DNA of 64,000 nucleotides from Candidatus Tayloriibacteriota bacterium (GTDB taxonomy: Bacteria > Patescibacteriota > Minisyncoccia > Phycocordibacterales > PALSA-1337): positions 1,926 to 65,925 of the forward strand of contig CALRBR010000003.1 in NCBI GenBank assembly GCA_943354385.1, read 5' to 3'. Positions 27,957 through 36,579 of this stretch are shown here, piece by piece; position 1 is the stretch's first letter; the number at the start of each line of letters is the position of its first letter. The translations under genes were made by a program, and so were the position numbers. The notes beneath the pieces were generated by a model. The model saw only the letters and a program-made list of their open reading frames with translations. It had not been told where the DNA came from and ran no database searches.

Positions 27957-28487
27957 ATTATTTTTTTTATGTTTAATAAAATAATTTCGACTGACTAATT
28001 TATGCATGTCAGAAATTTTGTCTAGAAACACCACCCCGTTTACATGATCATTTTCATGCTGGACCAACCACGCAAGCATTCCTTTTGCAGAAAGTTTAAA
28101 AGGCTTGCCATACATACCAAGGGCTTCAACCGTCACTGCCTGAGCAAGTTTTACTGGCCTAAAAAGCTTTCCGTAGGCAATACTCCCACACCCTTCGTAG
28201 CCCACAACCTGTTTCTTTAAATACGAACGAATTCGGGGGTTAATAAAGACATACAGGGGGCATGTATCGAGGTCTTTTCGAGCTTTGATTTTTCGAAGCT
28301 CGACTACAAAGATACGCGTGCTGCTTCCGATTTATGGCGCCGCCATACCGACGAGCCCCATAGATCTCAGAGAGTCAGTCAAATCTTTTGCTATTTTACT
28401 AGTTGATAGAGCCGAGGGCTTTTTAATCTCATTTGCAATATTCCTTATCACCGGCTCTTTTATTTGTATTGCTTTTTTAATAGCCAT
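27957..28487 (-). pseudogene. def: Peptide deformylase (def) with an in-frame TAA at the motif-1 Gln codon and a possible 1-nt deletion
   Basis: Minus-strand translation from the ATG at ~28487: MAIKKAIQIKEPVIRNIANEI..GLVGMAAP*IGSSTRIFVVEL (motif 1 G[IV]GLAAPQ[IV]G with TAA in place of Q, + strand tta at ~28332-28334). Continues ..CPLYVFINPRI..VVGYEGCGS (motif 2 EGCLS-like) ..QHENDH (motif 3). As printed, a G4 run at ~28257-28260 puts motif 1 and motif 2 in different frames. The ORF-track coordinates here disagree with my reading by 1 nt, so the frameshift is uncertain. Confidence 0.55.
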
Positions 28488-28744
28488 AAATAATTGATAG
28501 CAGAAATTCTTAGATTAATATTTAGATCGCAACTTAAACCAGACACGCGGTGATTTAAATACACTAATGGCACAGAGAACTAGCCCCAACAATCAACCAC
28601 TTTTATTATTGAATTATACCAAAAAATGATCAAAAATACTAGGAAATAAATAGTGTAATTTAATATTATCACATATAAATAAAAAAGTACGCTCACATCA
28701 ATTGTGCTACGTACTTGTGCGAGGCTAGGCCTCAACTGCTTTCG

Positions 28745-30118
28745 TCAGGTTCCCGTCGGACCGGGCAAAACCCTGAACTTGATCTCGGGATTCATCCCGG
28801 AGATCTTGATCAGGTTTGAGCCCGTCCGCTCGGCGAGGAACTTTGCGAATAGCTTCCCCAGGTTGCTCTGCTGGAGAGTCTCCCTGTCCTTGACGTAATC
28901 GTCATTGTCGGCCAAATCCTTTGCATGATGCGCGAGGAAGAGGTCGAGTGCCGACTGCGCCACTGCTATGTCTTCCTGGGTTTTGACGTCCACTGCGAGG
29001 GAGTATTCCCGAGTGATCACCTGACCACCCTTTGATTCCCGCGAGTCAAACTTTCGGAAGGTCCAACCAATCCCCCAACCACGGTCTTTGAGTCCCTTAT
29101 CCAGGGTGACCGTATTGATGTGCTTCACGAGCACGCGACCAGCCTTGAATGCCGGAGCCTTCGGTGCGGGAACGACTTGCGTTACTTTCGTGGGAGGCTG
29201 AACCTCGGCCGGCGGAGTCGCAGGCGCCTTCTGGGCCTTCACTTTCGCCGGTTGCTTGGGAGCAACAGGTGGAGCGGGGGCTAGCGCAGGTGCGAGCGTA
29301 GCGGGCTTCGGGGTCACGATCACTTTGGTCGGGACTGCCGACGTCAGTGTCCCAGTTGTCACGTTGGTGATGGTAAATGTCACGGGTGTGGGTTGCACAA
29401 CCGTCACATTCGTCACCACATTCTGAATGGTCACCGGCGGGGTTGCCGCAGGTGCCACATTCACAATGTTCGTGACAGCCGACGCCTGCACCGTAAAGGT
29501 CGCCGTTGAGGGCGCGACATTGACGATGTTGGTGATAGTGGGAACCTGCACTGTCGTGTAGTTCGTCACATTCACCACCGGCGGTTTCTGCGTGGAGATC
29601 TTCTCCAGCAGTTTCAGTTGGCCTTCGCCAACTTTCGCAAACCGTTCGAACACAGCGAGCTTGCTGTCGAGTTTTTCAGCCTTCAAGGCTTGCTCGCGTT
29701 GCTTCTCGATGTGTGCGCGGTCAGCCTTGGTCGTCGCCGCTTGGGCGTCGCTCAGGGCCATCTGGCGTTTGTGCACATCGCGGAGCTCTTGCTCGATCTG
29801 CTTCTGCACTGTCGTCTCGTGAAGAGTCGGCGGGACAGGAACGGGATTGGCAACAAGCACCGGAGCCGTGTCTTGCTTCTTGAGCGAAGCCAAGGAGTCA
29901 TGGCCGTTGGTCACGATGTAGGTGAACACGCAAGCCACCACAGCGAGAAACAGGACGGTCATGATAACCGCAAACATGTTCTTCTCTTTCTGCTTGGGGT
30001 TCGGGCTGACCGTGGGATCCCCGATGCCGAGCCAATGATTGTAGGCCCAGGCGCCGAGGACGGTGCAGAACACGACGAAGGCGGCCATCTGGAGGAGGAG
30101 TGACAGGGTGGAGTTCAT
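28745..30118 (-). CDS. Hypothetical membrane-anchored protein with coiled coil, VTNIVNVAP repeats and Pro/Ala-rich linker, encoded in a GC-rich (60-67%) island
   Basis: 457-aa ORF. Local GC is 60-67% against ~38% for the window. No recognisable family. Likely start at MFAVIMTV (~29977), giving a single TM helix. Confidence 0.6.
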   Translation of the reverse strand: MNSTLSLLLQMAAFVVFCTVLGAWAYNHWLGIGDPTVSPNPKQKEKNMFAVIMTVLFLAVVACVFTYIVTNGHDSLASLKKQDTAPVLVANPVPVPPTLHETTVQKQIEQELRDVHKRQMALSDAQAATTKADRAHIEKQREQALKAEKLDSKLAVFERFAKVGEGQLKLLEKISTQKPPVVNVTNYTTVQVPTITNIVNVAPSTATFTVQASAVTNIVNVAPAATPPVTIQNVVTNVTVVQPTPVTFTITNVTTGTLTSAVPTKVIVTPKPATLAPALAPAPPVAPKQPAKVKAQKAPATPPAEVQPPTKVTQVVPAPKAPAFKAGRVLVKHINTVTLDKGLKDRGWGIGWTFRKFDSRESKGGQVITREYSLAVDVKTQEDIAVAQSALDLFLAHHAKDLADNDDYVKDRETLQQSNLGKLFAKFLAERTGSNLIKISGMNPEIKFRVLPGPTGT

Positions 30119-30280
30119 AGAATTTCAGGAGTTTCCGAGTTTTCCGAGTGTTTGTTGACCGACGTTAACCGAAACCGATTGAATTGTGAAGGTGCCCTAC
30201 ACAAGTAGGCCCAACCCTAATACTAGCACATTGTAGTATAAAAGTCAAGCAAGTGCTTGACGTACCCATATTTTGTATCA

Positions 30281-30424
30281 TTATTCGCCCAAATATGCCT
30301 CAACCACGGCCTTTTCTGAGAGGGCTTTATCCGGAGTACCTTCTGCCGAAAGCTTGCCACTGTCCAGCACAAAAACATAGTCCGAAAGTTGACATATCAA
30401 GTCCTTATATGCTCCATAGTGTAA
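30281..30424 (-). pseudogene. Remnant of the C-terminus of a branched-chain amino acid ABC transporter ATP-binding protein (LivF-like tail)
   Basis: Minus-strand frame reads ..YGAYKDLICQLSDYVFVLDSGKLSAEGTPDKALSEKAVVEAYLGE*. This matches the LivF C-terminus (..YVLENG.IV..GT..EL..NE.V..AYLG). A stop precedes it and there is no start. Confidence 0.5.
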
Positions 30425-30679
30425 TTAAAAAAGTAGACTTACCGGATACGTTTGGACGATTACATAAGTAATTTTCCTTATTGAAAAAAAGAGATGGTCT
30501 ACTGCATATACCCCATCAAACTTTTTAACCCAATTTTTTGTTTATAGATTGGGCTGGAAATAAATTTAAAGTTTAAATGATCTTAGTTTCAAATCCTACA
30601 CTTCGACTACTCACCGAGTCGATCGTTTGTGATCGACACCTGTGGACGGCCTTCTTTAAAAGGAGGAATGAGTACCAAA

Positions 30680-31096
30680 CTACTTCTTTAAATCCCCGAC
30701 AATATGATAAACTGCTTCGTAGGCACGGAGGGCAGAAGGTATTTCTGGCGACCGGCCAAAACGCGCTCTGAATCTTCTTTCAAAAACTTCGTAGCCTGGA
30801 GTTGTGGTAGATACTTGCGTAGAGATAAAAGGCACATCTTCAGCGATCAGATCTACTGGTCGTCCATCTACACCTCCCTTTCCGTTTATTTCATCTATTG
30901 CGAGGTGTACTGCCTTTAAATTCTCCTCACCAATTGAGCTTCCCACACCACTAAGTGCAGAAATAAAACCAACCTTCACCGGCTCGAGAGTGGATACATC
31001 ACGACGATTATTAGATATCGCGGAAAAAGTCACTATACCAAAAGCAATTACCATCGTCACCAATAGCATTTTTTCATATCGAGGACTCGTAGACAT
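30680..31096 (-). pseudogene. Truncated LivK-family periplasmic substrate-binding protein fragment
   Basis: 138 aa. Signal/TM helix then VKVGFISALSGVGSSIGEENLKAVHLAIDEINGKGGVDGRPVDLIAEDV, typical of Leu/Ile/Val-binding proteins. Then it degenerates and stops at about one third of normal length. Confidence 0.55.
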
Positions 31097-31114
31097 GCCT
31101 ATATAATAGCGTAT

Positions 31115-32149
31115 TTATTCTTTTTTAGGTACTGTTCCTGACACCATCATTTTATAAATATCTCCGAGGGTAAAGAGAAGGCTCAAGAGAAGTGGCCCGA
31201 GCAAAAAACCAAGTATTCCAAAAAAAGATATTCCACCGAGCACTGAGAGAAGGATAAGGAGTGGATGAATATGAAAATCTTTTTTCAGGAAAATTGGTAG
31301 GAGCATATTGTCTATGAGTCCTATGGCAAGTACACCCCAGGCCAGGAGTCCTATTGACGAGCCTGTGTTGCCTGTAACAAAAAGGAAAATCGCTGACGGC
31401 AGAATAACAAAAGCCGTACCGAGACCTGGTACTAGTGCAGCGACCGCAGCAATGGTCGCCCAAAGTGTAGCGTTGGGTACTCCGAAAAATGCAAGACCGA
31501 CACCAGTAAAGATACCTTGAATGACGGCTACCAAAAGTGAACCCTTGACCACCGAGTTTACCGCAAGCGAAATACGAGAAAGAATCTCTTGATCGTAGTT
31601 ATCTGAGAGTGGACTTAATCGCACAATTTCGTTTCTAAACCTTACACCATCTTTGAGAAAATAAAATAGCATGAGGATACCGAGGAATACATTAAACACA
31701 CCATATGCCGTGCTTGAGAAAAGCTTGCCCAAATTATCAGCAATAAAAGATACGATGAGCGCGGCATACTTTTGTACATCAATCGAGAAGTTAGGGAAAA
31801 ATTCCTGTATTGGAAGTTCTATCTTGTGTACCATAGTAACCAGTCCATCTACCCCTCCAGCTTTTATTGTTCCATAAAGACCAACTGCATCAGCAAAGAC
31901 CTGGTGGGTAATGAAAACTAGCGGAGCTACAATAGCCACGGCAACCAAAGACAGAACAGCGAGCGATGCTAAACTTTTTTTTCCACGAAAAATTTTTTCA
32001 AAGCTATCATAGAGTGGAGAGAGAATGATTGCACACATTGAGGAAACTACAATAACAATGAGGAATGGCAAAAAAACAGCGATATTTGCTACTACAGCTA
32101 TCAAACCAAGTACTCCGAGAAAATATAGTTGTCCTTTTTGTGGGATCAT
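31115..32149 (-). CDS. AI-2E family transporter (PerM/YdiK-like, UPF0118)
   Basis: About 8 TM helices. Conserved AI-2E architecture. Start probably MIPQKGQLY (32149); the track start is at 32200. Confidence 0.8.
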   Translation of the reverse strand: MIPQKGQLYFLGVLGLIAVVANIAVFLPFLIVIVVSSMCAIILSPLYDSFEKIFRGKKSLASLAVLSLVAVAIVAPLVFITHQVFADAVGLYGTIKAGGVDGLVTMVHKIELPIQEFFPNFSIDVQKYAALIVSFIADNLGKLFSSTAYGVFNVFLGILMLFYFLKDGVRFRNEIVRLSPLSDNYDQEILSRISLAVNSVVKGSLLVAVIQGIFTGVGLAFFGVPNATLWATIAAVAALVPGLGTAFVILPSAIFLFVTGNTGSSIGLLAWGVLAIGLIDNMLLPIFLKKDFHIHPLLILLSVLGGISFFGILGFLLGPLLLSLLFTLGDIYKMMVSGTVPKKE

Positions 32150-32430
32150 AATTAAATAGTATACCTTGTAATGATAACCTGGACAAGAAAACAGAAGCAA
32201 CTGAACCCTCTCCTGACTTTGTCGGTGGAGGGTTCAATTACGCCGCGATTAAGGACAACTGTAAATTTCAGCTCGATACCAAAAACATCCTAGATTACTA
32301 CCTAAATTTAGACCCCAATTAGTAAACACCCTGTTAATACTTTTCATCGTACCACATACAGAGGTTACCTCCAGGGCAGTCTAATGCTCCCGAATCTGCC
32401 GATTTTAGGGAGAAATGCTCAAAAACTCAC

Positions 32431-33675
32431 CTACTTGCCATTCCTATAATCCTTTAGAAACGTCTCCTTGAACTCGTTGAAAGTATCTGCCAAAATAGCT
32501 AGCCGAATCTTCTCCACAAGATGCACGATAAAATGTAAATTATGAATCGAGGTCAGTGTATGTGCCAAAAGCTCTTTAGTACGGGCTAGGTAAGCTACAT
32601 AGGCCAAAGTATAGTTGCGACAGGTATAGCAGGTACAGTCCGCTTCAATCGGTGAAAAATATTCCCGATATTTTGTATTATCAATATGTATTTTGCCAGC
32701 CCTGGTGTAGAGAGTGCCGTTGCGAGCTTGTCGAGTAGGGGCAACACAGTCAAAGGTATCACACCCATTTTCAATTGCGAGGAAAAAATCTTCTGGCTCG
32801 CCAATTCCGAGCAAGTGTCTAGGTTTCCCTTCTGGTAACTCTTCATTGATCCAAGAGACTGCAGTTCCAATATCCTGCTTATCAAAACTTCCCCCAATAC
32901 CAAAGCCGTCAAAGTCCATCGCACCGATAGTCTTCGCACTTTCTTTTCTCAAATCTTCAAAGCGTCCGCCCTGCACCACACCAAAAAGCGCTTGCTTACC
33001 CTTCCTCTCCTCAAATTTTAATTTTGCATTTTCAATTTGTAGTTCTCGATGCCTAGCAAGGCTTCGAGCCGCCCACCTATGAGTCCGATCCATTGCCTCT
33101 TTTTGGTATTGTTTGTCAGCGGTCGGTGAAGTACATTCATCAAACGCAAAAATAATATCTGCGCCAATACTGTTTTGTATTTCAATTGATTTTTCTGGAG
33201 AGAAAAAATGCTCGCCACCGTCTCTGTATGATTTGAACATCACCCCGTCTTCAGTAATTTTTGCCAAAGGTGGCATTCCTTCACTTCGCACAGATTCGCT
33301 CTGCCTCTCTCGTTCCTCAAAGCCGTTTGATTGGGGCTTAGAAAGTTTACTAATAGTAGTACCGAAAGCCACACCAAGTGAAAAGGCCTGAAACCCTCCT
33401 GAATCAGTAAATGTCGGCCCAGACCAATTCATAATTTTGTGCAAACCGCCACATGCTTTGACTATTTTTTCACCTGGCTCTAGGTAGAGATGATAGGTAT
33501 TGGCCAGTACCGCCTGAGCACCGAGCTCTTTGACCTGCTCAGGTGTCAGTGCTTTGACCGTCGCTTTTGTCCCCACCACAATAAAAGCCGGGGTATTTAT
33601 AGTCCCATGTGGTGTTTCTATTTTTCCAGCTCGTCCGAGCTTGCCAAACATTTTTTTCTCAATGGTAAATTTCAT
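32431..33675 (-). CDS. tgt: Queuine tRNA-ribosyltransferase
   Basis: 414 aa. N-terminal GTINTPAFIVVGTKATVKAL. Catalytic DSGGFQ. Zn-binding CTCYTCRNYTLAYVAYL..H. Contains a ~55-aa low-complexity insertion. Confidence 0.9.
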   Translation of the reverse strand: MKFTIEKKMFGKLGRAGKIETPHGTINTPAFIVVGTKATVKALTPEQVKELGAQAVLANTYHLYLEPGEKIVKACGGLHKIMNWSGPTFTDSGGFQAFSLGVAFGTTISKLSKPQSNGFEERERQSESVRSEGMPPLAKITEDGVMFKSYRDGGEHFFSPEKSIEIQNSIGADIIFAFDECTSPTADKQYQKEAMDRTHRWAARSLARHRELQIENAKLKFEERKGKQALFGVVQGGRFEDLRKESAKTIGAMDFDGFGIGGSFDKQDIGTAVSWINEELPEGKPRHLLGIGEPEDFFLAIENGCDTFDCVAPTRQARNGTLYTRAGKIHIDNTKYREYFSPIEADCTCYTCRNYTLAYVAYLARTKELLAHTLTSIHNLHFIVHLVEKIRLAILADTFNEFKETFLKDYRNGK

Positions 33676-33816
33676 AATAGCGAAACATCAGCCATCAGAG
33701 CACAATTCCTCCTTTCTTAAAGTAGGTGCCTTGTACTCAATATGGAGGATTTTAAAATGAAAAAATCCCTTTCCCTTCGGGTACTCACTTTACAAAGGGA
33801 GGATTAATACTTAAGT

Positions 33817-34392
33817 CTACTTCACGCTAAGCAACTCTACATCAAACAAAAGTGTTGAGTTCCCAGGAATCGGCCCGTATGTATTTGCTCCGTACCCAAG
33901 ACTCGCAGGAATAGTGAGCTGTCTTTTACCACCCACTTTCATACCAGCCACTCCGAGATCCCAACCCTTGATCACTTTTCCTGCACCGAGCAAAAAAGGA
34001 AGTGGCTGTCCTCGATCTACAGAACTATCAAACTTTTTACCATTAGTAAATGTTCCCGTGTAATGCACAGTCACTTCTTTACCTGCCACAGCCACAGCTC
34101 CAGTACCAACAACTATGTCAGTATATTTCAAACCCTCTTTTGTTGTAATTTCTTCAGACATTATTTTTGTTGTTTCTTTTTTAATTTCTTCTGGTTTTGT
34201 AGCCTCGGGTGTAGTCTGAATTGCAGTCTGTTCAATATTCGCCTGTGGCACCTGATCAAAATCGCTTGTATTGGTTACAGAATCTACATCACCAGGAGAC
34301 TGCACTACCGAGGTACCGAACATCAACAACCCTAATACCACGATTACCCCCGCCCCTATCGCCACCCCCTGATTTACCTTTGGATTATTCAT
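33817..34392 (-). CDS. FKBP-type peptidyl-prolyl cis-trans isomerase, secreted/membrane-anchored
   Basis: 191 aa. FKBP core VTVHYTGTFTNGKKFDSSVDRGQPLPFLLGAGKVIKGWDLGVAGMKVGGKR..LLFDVELL. Confidence 0.8.
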   Translation of the reverse strand: MNNPKVNQGVAIGAGVIVVLGLLMFGTSVVQSPGDVDSVTNTSDFDQVPQANIEQTAIQTTPEATKPEEIKKETTKIMSEEITTKEGLKYTDIVVGTGAVAVAGKEVTVHYTGTFTNGKKFDSSVDRGQPLPFLLGAGKVIKGWDLGVAGMKVGGKRQLTIPASLGYGANTYGPIPGNSTLLFDVELLSVK

Positions 34393-34534
34393 ATGTGTTT
34401 ACTATTTATTTTTTTTATAATAACTAAAGACAATGTATCACATTTTTTTATAAAAATCAAAAGTTACAAGGTACAAATTAGACAAAAACCTATTTTTGTT
34501 GTAATTTCTACAATTTTATGCTAGACTGCACCAC

Positions 34535-35365
34535 ATGTATAGACCAAGAGCTAAGACATCGAAGAGAGCATATCCGGCAAAAGACTATCCAACACCTTCT
34601 CAAAAAAAGGTGGTAAAGATAGATGTACCAGAAACCCAGAATATTGAGTACCCTATTCGCATCAATCGTTACCTTTCTCTCAAAAACTATTGCACACGTC
34701 GCAAGGCAGATGTAATTATTGAATCTGGTAAGGTGTTTATCAATCATAAAAAAGCGGTTCTCGGTGACAAGGTAGAGGAAAGTGATGTGGTGGAAGTCAA
34801 TCTTCCGCGTGACTTTGCTCCAGAGACACGCACCTACTACGCCTACAACAAACCCGTAGGAGTGGTGACCAATCTACCTCAAGCCGGTGAAAAAAGTATC
34901 ATCAATATTACTAAATTTCCTAAAAAAGTTTTCCCGATCGGCCGACTTGACAAAGACTCTCGCGGATTGATTATTTTGACTGACGACGGACGTATCACAG
35001 ACAAACTTTTAAACCCGAAATATGTTCACAGCAAGGAATATATTGTTCGTGTACACAAAACCATTAATGAAAACTTTATAAAAAAAATGAGCCTGGGTAT
35101 TAAGCTCGATGATGGGTACACAACCAAACCTTGTGAAGTGTCCCAGTTGGACGATCAACATTTCCGTATTGTATTAACAGAAGGTAAAAAAAGACAGATC
35201 CGTCGAATGTGTATGGTACTCAACCATGAAGTACTTGACCTTTTGCGCATTCGTATTATGAACATCGAGCTAGGTGAGCTCCGAGAAGGTCAGTACCGAG
35301 AAATAAAAGGTGACGATCTAGCGGAGTTTTTGAAAAGCCTGAGTATGACTAATCCGAAGGAATAG
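34535..35365 (+). CDS. Pseudouridine synthase (RsuA/RluB family) with S4 domain
   Basis: S4 domain (IRINRYLSLKNYCTRRKADVIIESGKVFIN). Catalytic Asp motif GRLDKDSRGLIILTDDG. Confidence 0.85.
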   Translation: MYRPRAKTSKRAYPAKDYPTPSQKKVVKIDVPETQNIEYPIRINRYLSLKNYCTRRKADVIIESGKVFINHKKAVLGDKVEESDVVEVNLPRDFAPETRTYYAYNKPVGVVTNLPQAGEKSIINITKFPKKVFPIGRLDKDSRGLIILTDDGRITDKLLNPKYVHSKEYIVRVHKTINENFIKKMSLGIKLDDGYTTKPCEVSQLDDQHFRIVLTEGKKRQIRRMCMVLNHEVLDLLRIRIMNIELGELREGQYREIKGDDLAEFLKSLSMTNPKE

Positions 35366-35407
35366 GTACTTTAGTATTAGCAACATATTTCATGCTATAC
35401 TATTTGC

Positions 35408-36103
35408 ATGAAATTTTTCAAAACTTTTAAAAAAGGTGTAGCAAAGCCAATCTTGGTAGGAGAAATGGATCATGAAACATCTGATAGACTCGACAGAATA
35501 AATCGAGAGCTCAGAGAAGGTTTCGATTTTATTCGTCCACACAAAAAATCAGTTACTTTTTTTGGCTCTGCTCGTTTAGTTGAAGATAACCCACACTACA
35601 AATGGGCGTACGAAATTGCAAAAATGATAGTTACCGAGCTTGGTTATGCAGTAGTAACAGGAGGTGGTTACGGCATCATGGAAGCTGCAAATAAGGGTGC
35701 AAGTGAAGCAAGTGGGGTGTCGCTGGGCGTCCACATCAAACTTCCTCATGAACAACTGGTAATAAACAAGTATGTCCAGAAATCTATCATCTGTAACTAT
35801 TTCTTCACACGAAAAGTAATTCTTGCCTTTTCTGCTGAAGCATACCTCTTCTTCCCCGGTGGTTTTGGTACTCTTGACGAATTTTTCGGTATAGTGACTC
35901 TAGTTCAGACTCACAAGATTCCAAGAGTTCCACTCATCCTTGTCGGTAAGGATTATTGGGAACCCCTTCAAGAAACTATTTTCAAAGATTTATACGAAGA
36001 ACATGGTACTATTACTAAGAAAGATATGCAATTATATACCATTACCGATAGTCCTGAGGAGATTTTAGAAATGGTGAGAAAAGCCCCGATGAGAAAGGAG
36101 TAA
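35408..36103 (+). CDS. LOG-family protein (cytokinin riboside 5'-monophosphate phosphoribohydrolase-like, TIGR00730)
   Basis: GGGYGIMEA and PGGFGTLDEF signature motifs. Confidence 0.85.
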   Translation: MKFFKTFKKGVAKPILVGEMDHETSDRLDRINRELREGFDFIRPHKKSVTFFGSARLVEDNPHYKWAYEIAKMIVTELGYAVVTGGGYGIMEAANKGASEASGVSLGVHIKLPHEQLVINKYVQKSIICNYFFTRKVILAFSAEAYLFFPGGFGTLDEFFGIVTLVQTHKIPRVPLILVGKDYWEPLQETIFKDLYEEHGTITKKDMQLYTITDSPEEILEMVRKAPMRKE

Positions 36104-36141
36104 TAGTCAGTGATTGACTAATACCTCTTAAGTGATAAGGT

Positions 36142-36390
36142 ATGTATGGATTAAAAATCAATATTCACATGAAACTTTTCAAAGCTGGTCAGACTGTCCG
36201 ACCGAAAGCAAAGCTTCTACCAATAGACTCAGGAAACAGTGAGATTGCTGGTCAATACCGGATCACAGATGGTATTGACCTCCTCGTCAACACCGTTACA
36301 GCTCCCCACAACGGAGAACAGATGCTTAGTTTCCTGGGTATCCGAGGAAGCTACGTTTCTTCTTTTTTTGAGTTGGTGGATAGAAATTAA
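36142..36390 (+). CDS. Possible small hypothetical protein in a long intergenic region. Uncertain.
   Basis: 82-aa ORF followed by two terminator hairpins. No homology recognised and no clear RBS. Confidence 0.2.
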   Translation: MYGLKINIHMKLFKAGQTVRPKAKLLPIDSGNSEIAGQYRITDGIDLLVNTVTAPHNGEQMLSFLGIRGSYVSSFFELVDRN

Positions 36391-36396
36391 TGTTTT

Positions 36397-36424
36397 CAAA
36401 CAACTGCTTTCGAGCAGTTTTTTA
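36397..36424 (+). terminator. Rho-independent terminator (AACTGCT-ttcg-AGCAGTT plus TTTTT)
   Basis: Stem-loop plus U-tract. Confidence 0.6.
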
Positions 36425-36427
36425 ATT

Positions 36428-36469
36428 AAAAGAATTCCCCCGGCCGTACTCGGCCGGGGGAATTCTTTT
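36428..36469. terminator. Perfect 19-bp-stem hairpin AAAAGAATTCCCCCGGCCG-tact-CGGCCGGGGGAATTCTTTT (bidirectional terminator-like)
   Basis: Perfect inverted repeat flanked by A/T runs. Lies 3' of the minus-strand dnaB. Confidence 0.7.
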
Positions 36470-36579
36470 AATCCAATCTTAAATCTTAAAACTCTGCCCC
36501 CAAAAAATTTTTATTAAAATGTTCCGGCGAATAAGTTTTATATCTAAATAGAGTCTATTTCTGCCAAGAAAAATTTGTT

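Noticed and set aside
28257-28260. Apparent 1-nt frameshift in def at a G4 run
   Set aside because: Not rejected outright but downgraded. My base-by-base reading of 28.14-28.26 kb is inconsistent by 1 nt with the supplied ORF-track coordinates (27474..28205). The G-run length may therefore be 5, giving no frameshift. The TAA at motif 1 does not depend on this.
28690-30240. Possibility that the GC-rich islands are assembly chimeras or contamination rather than HGT
   Set aside because: This cannot be rejected from sequence alone. They are reported as findings with this caveat. Both islands are flanked on each side by AT-rich native-looking sequence with genes and terminators in sensible positions, which argues mildly for true insertions.
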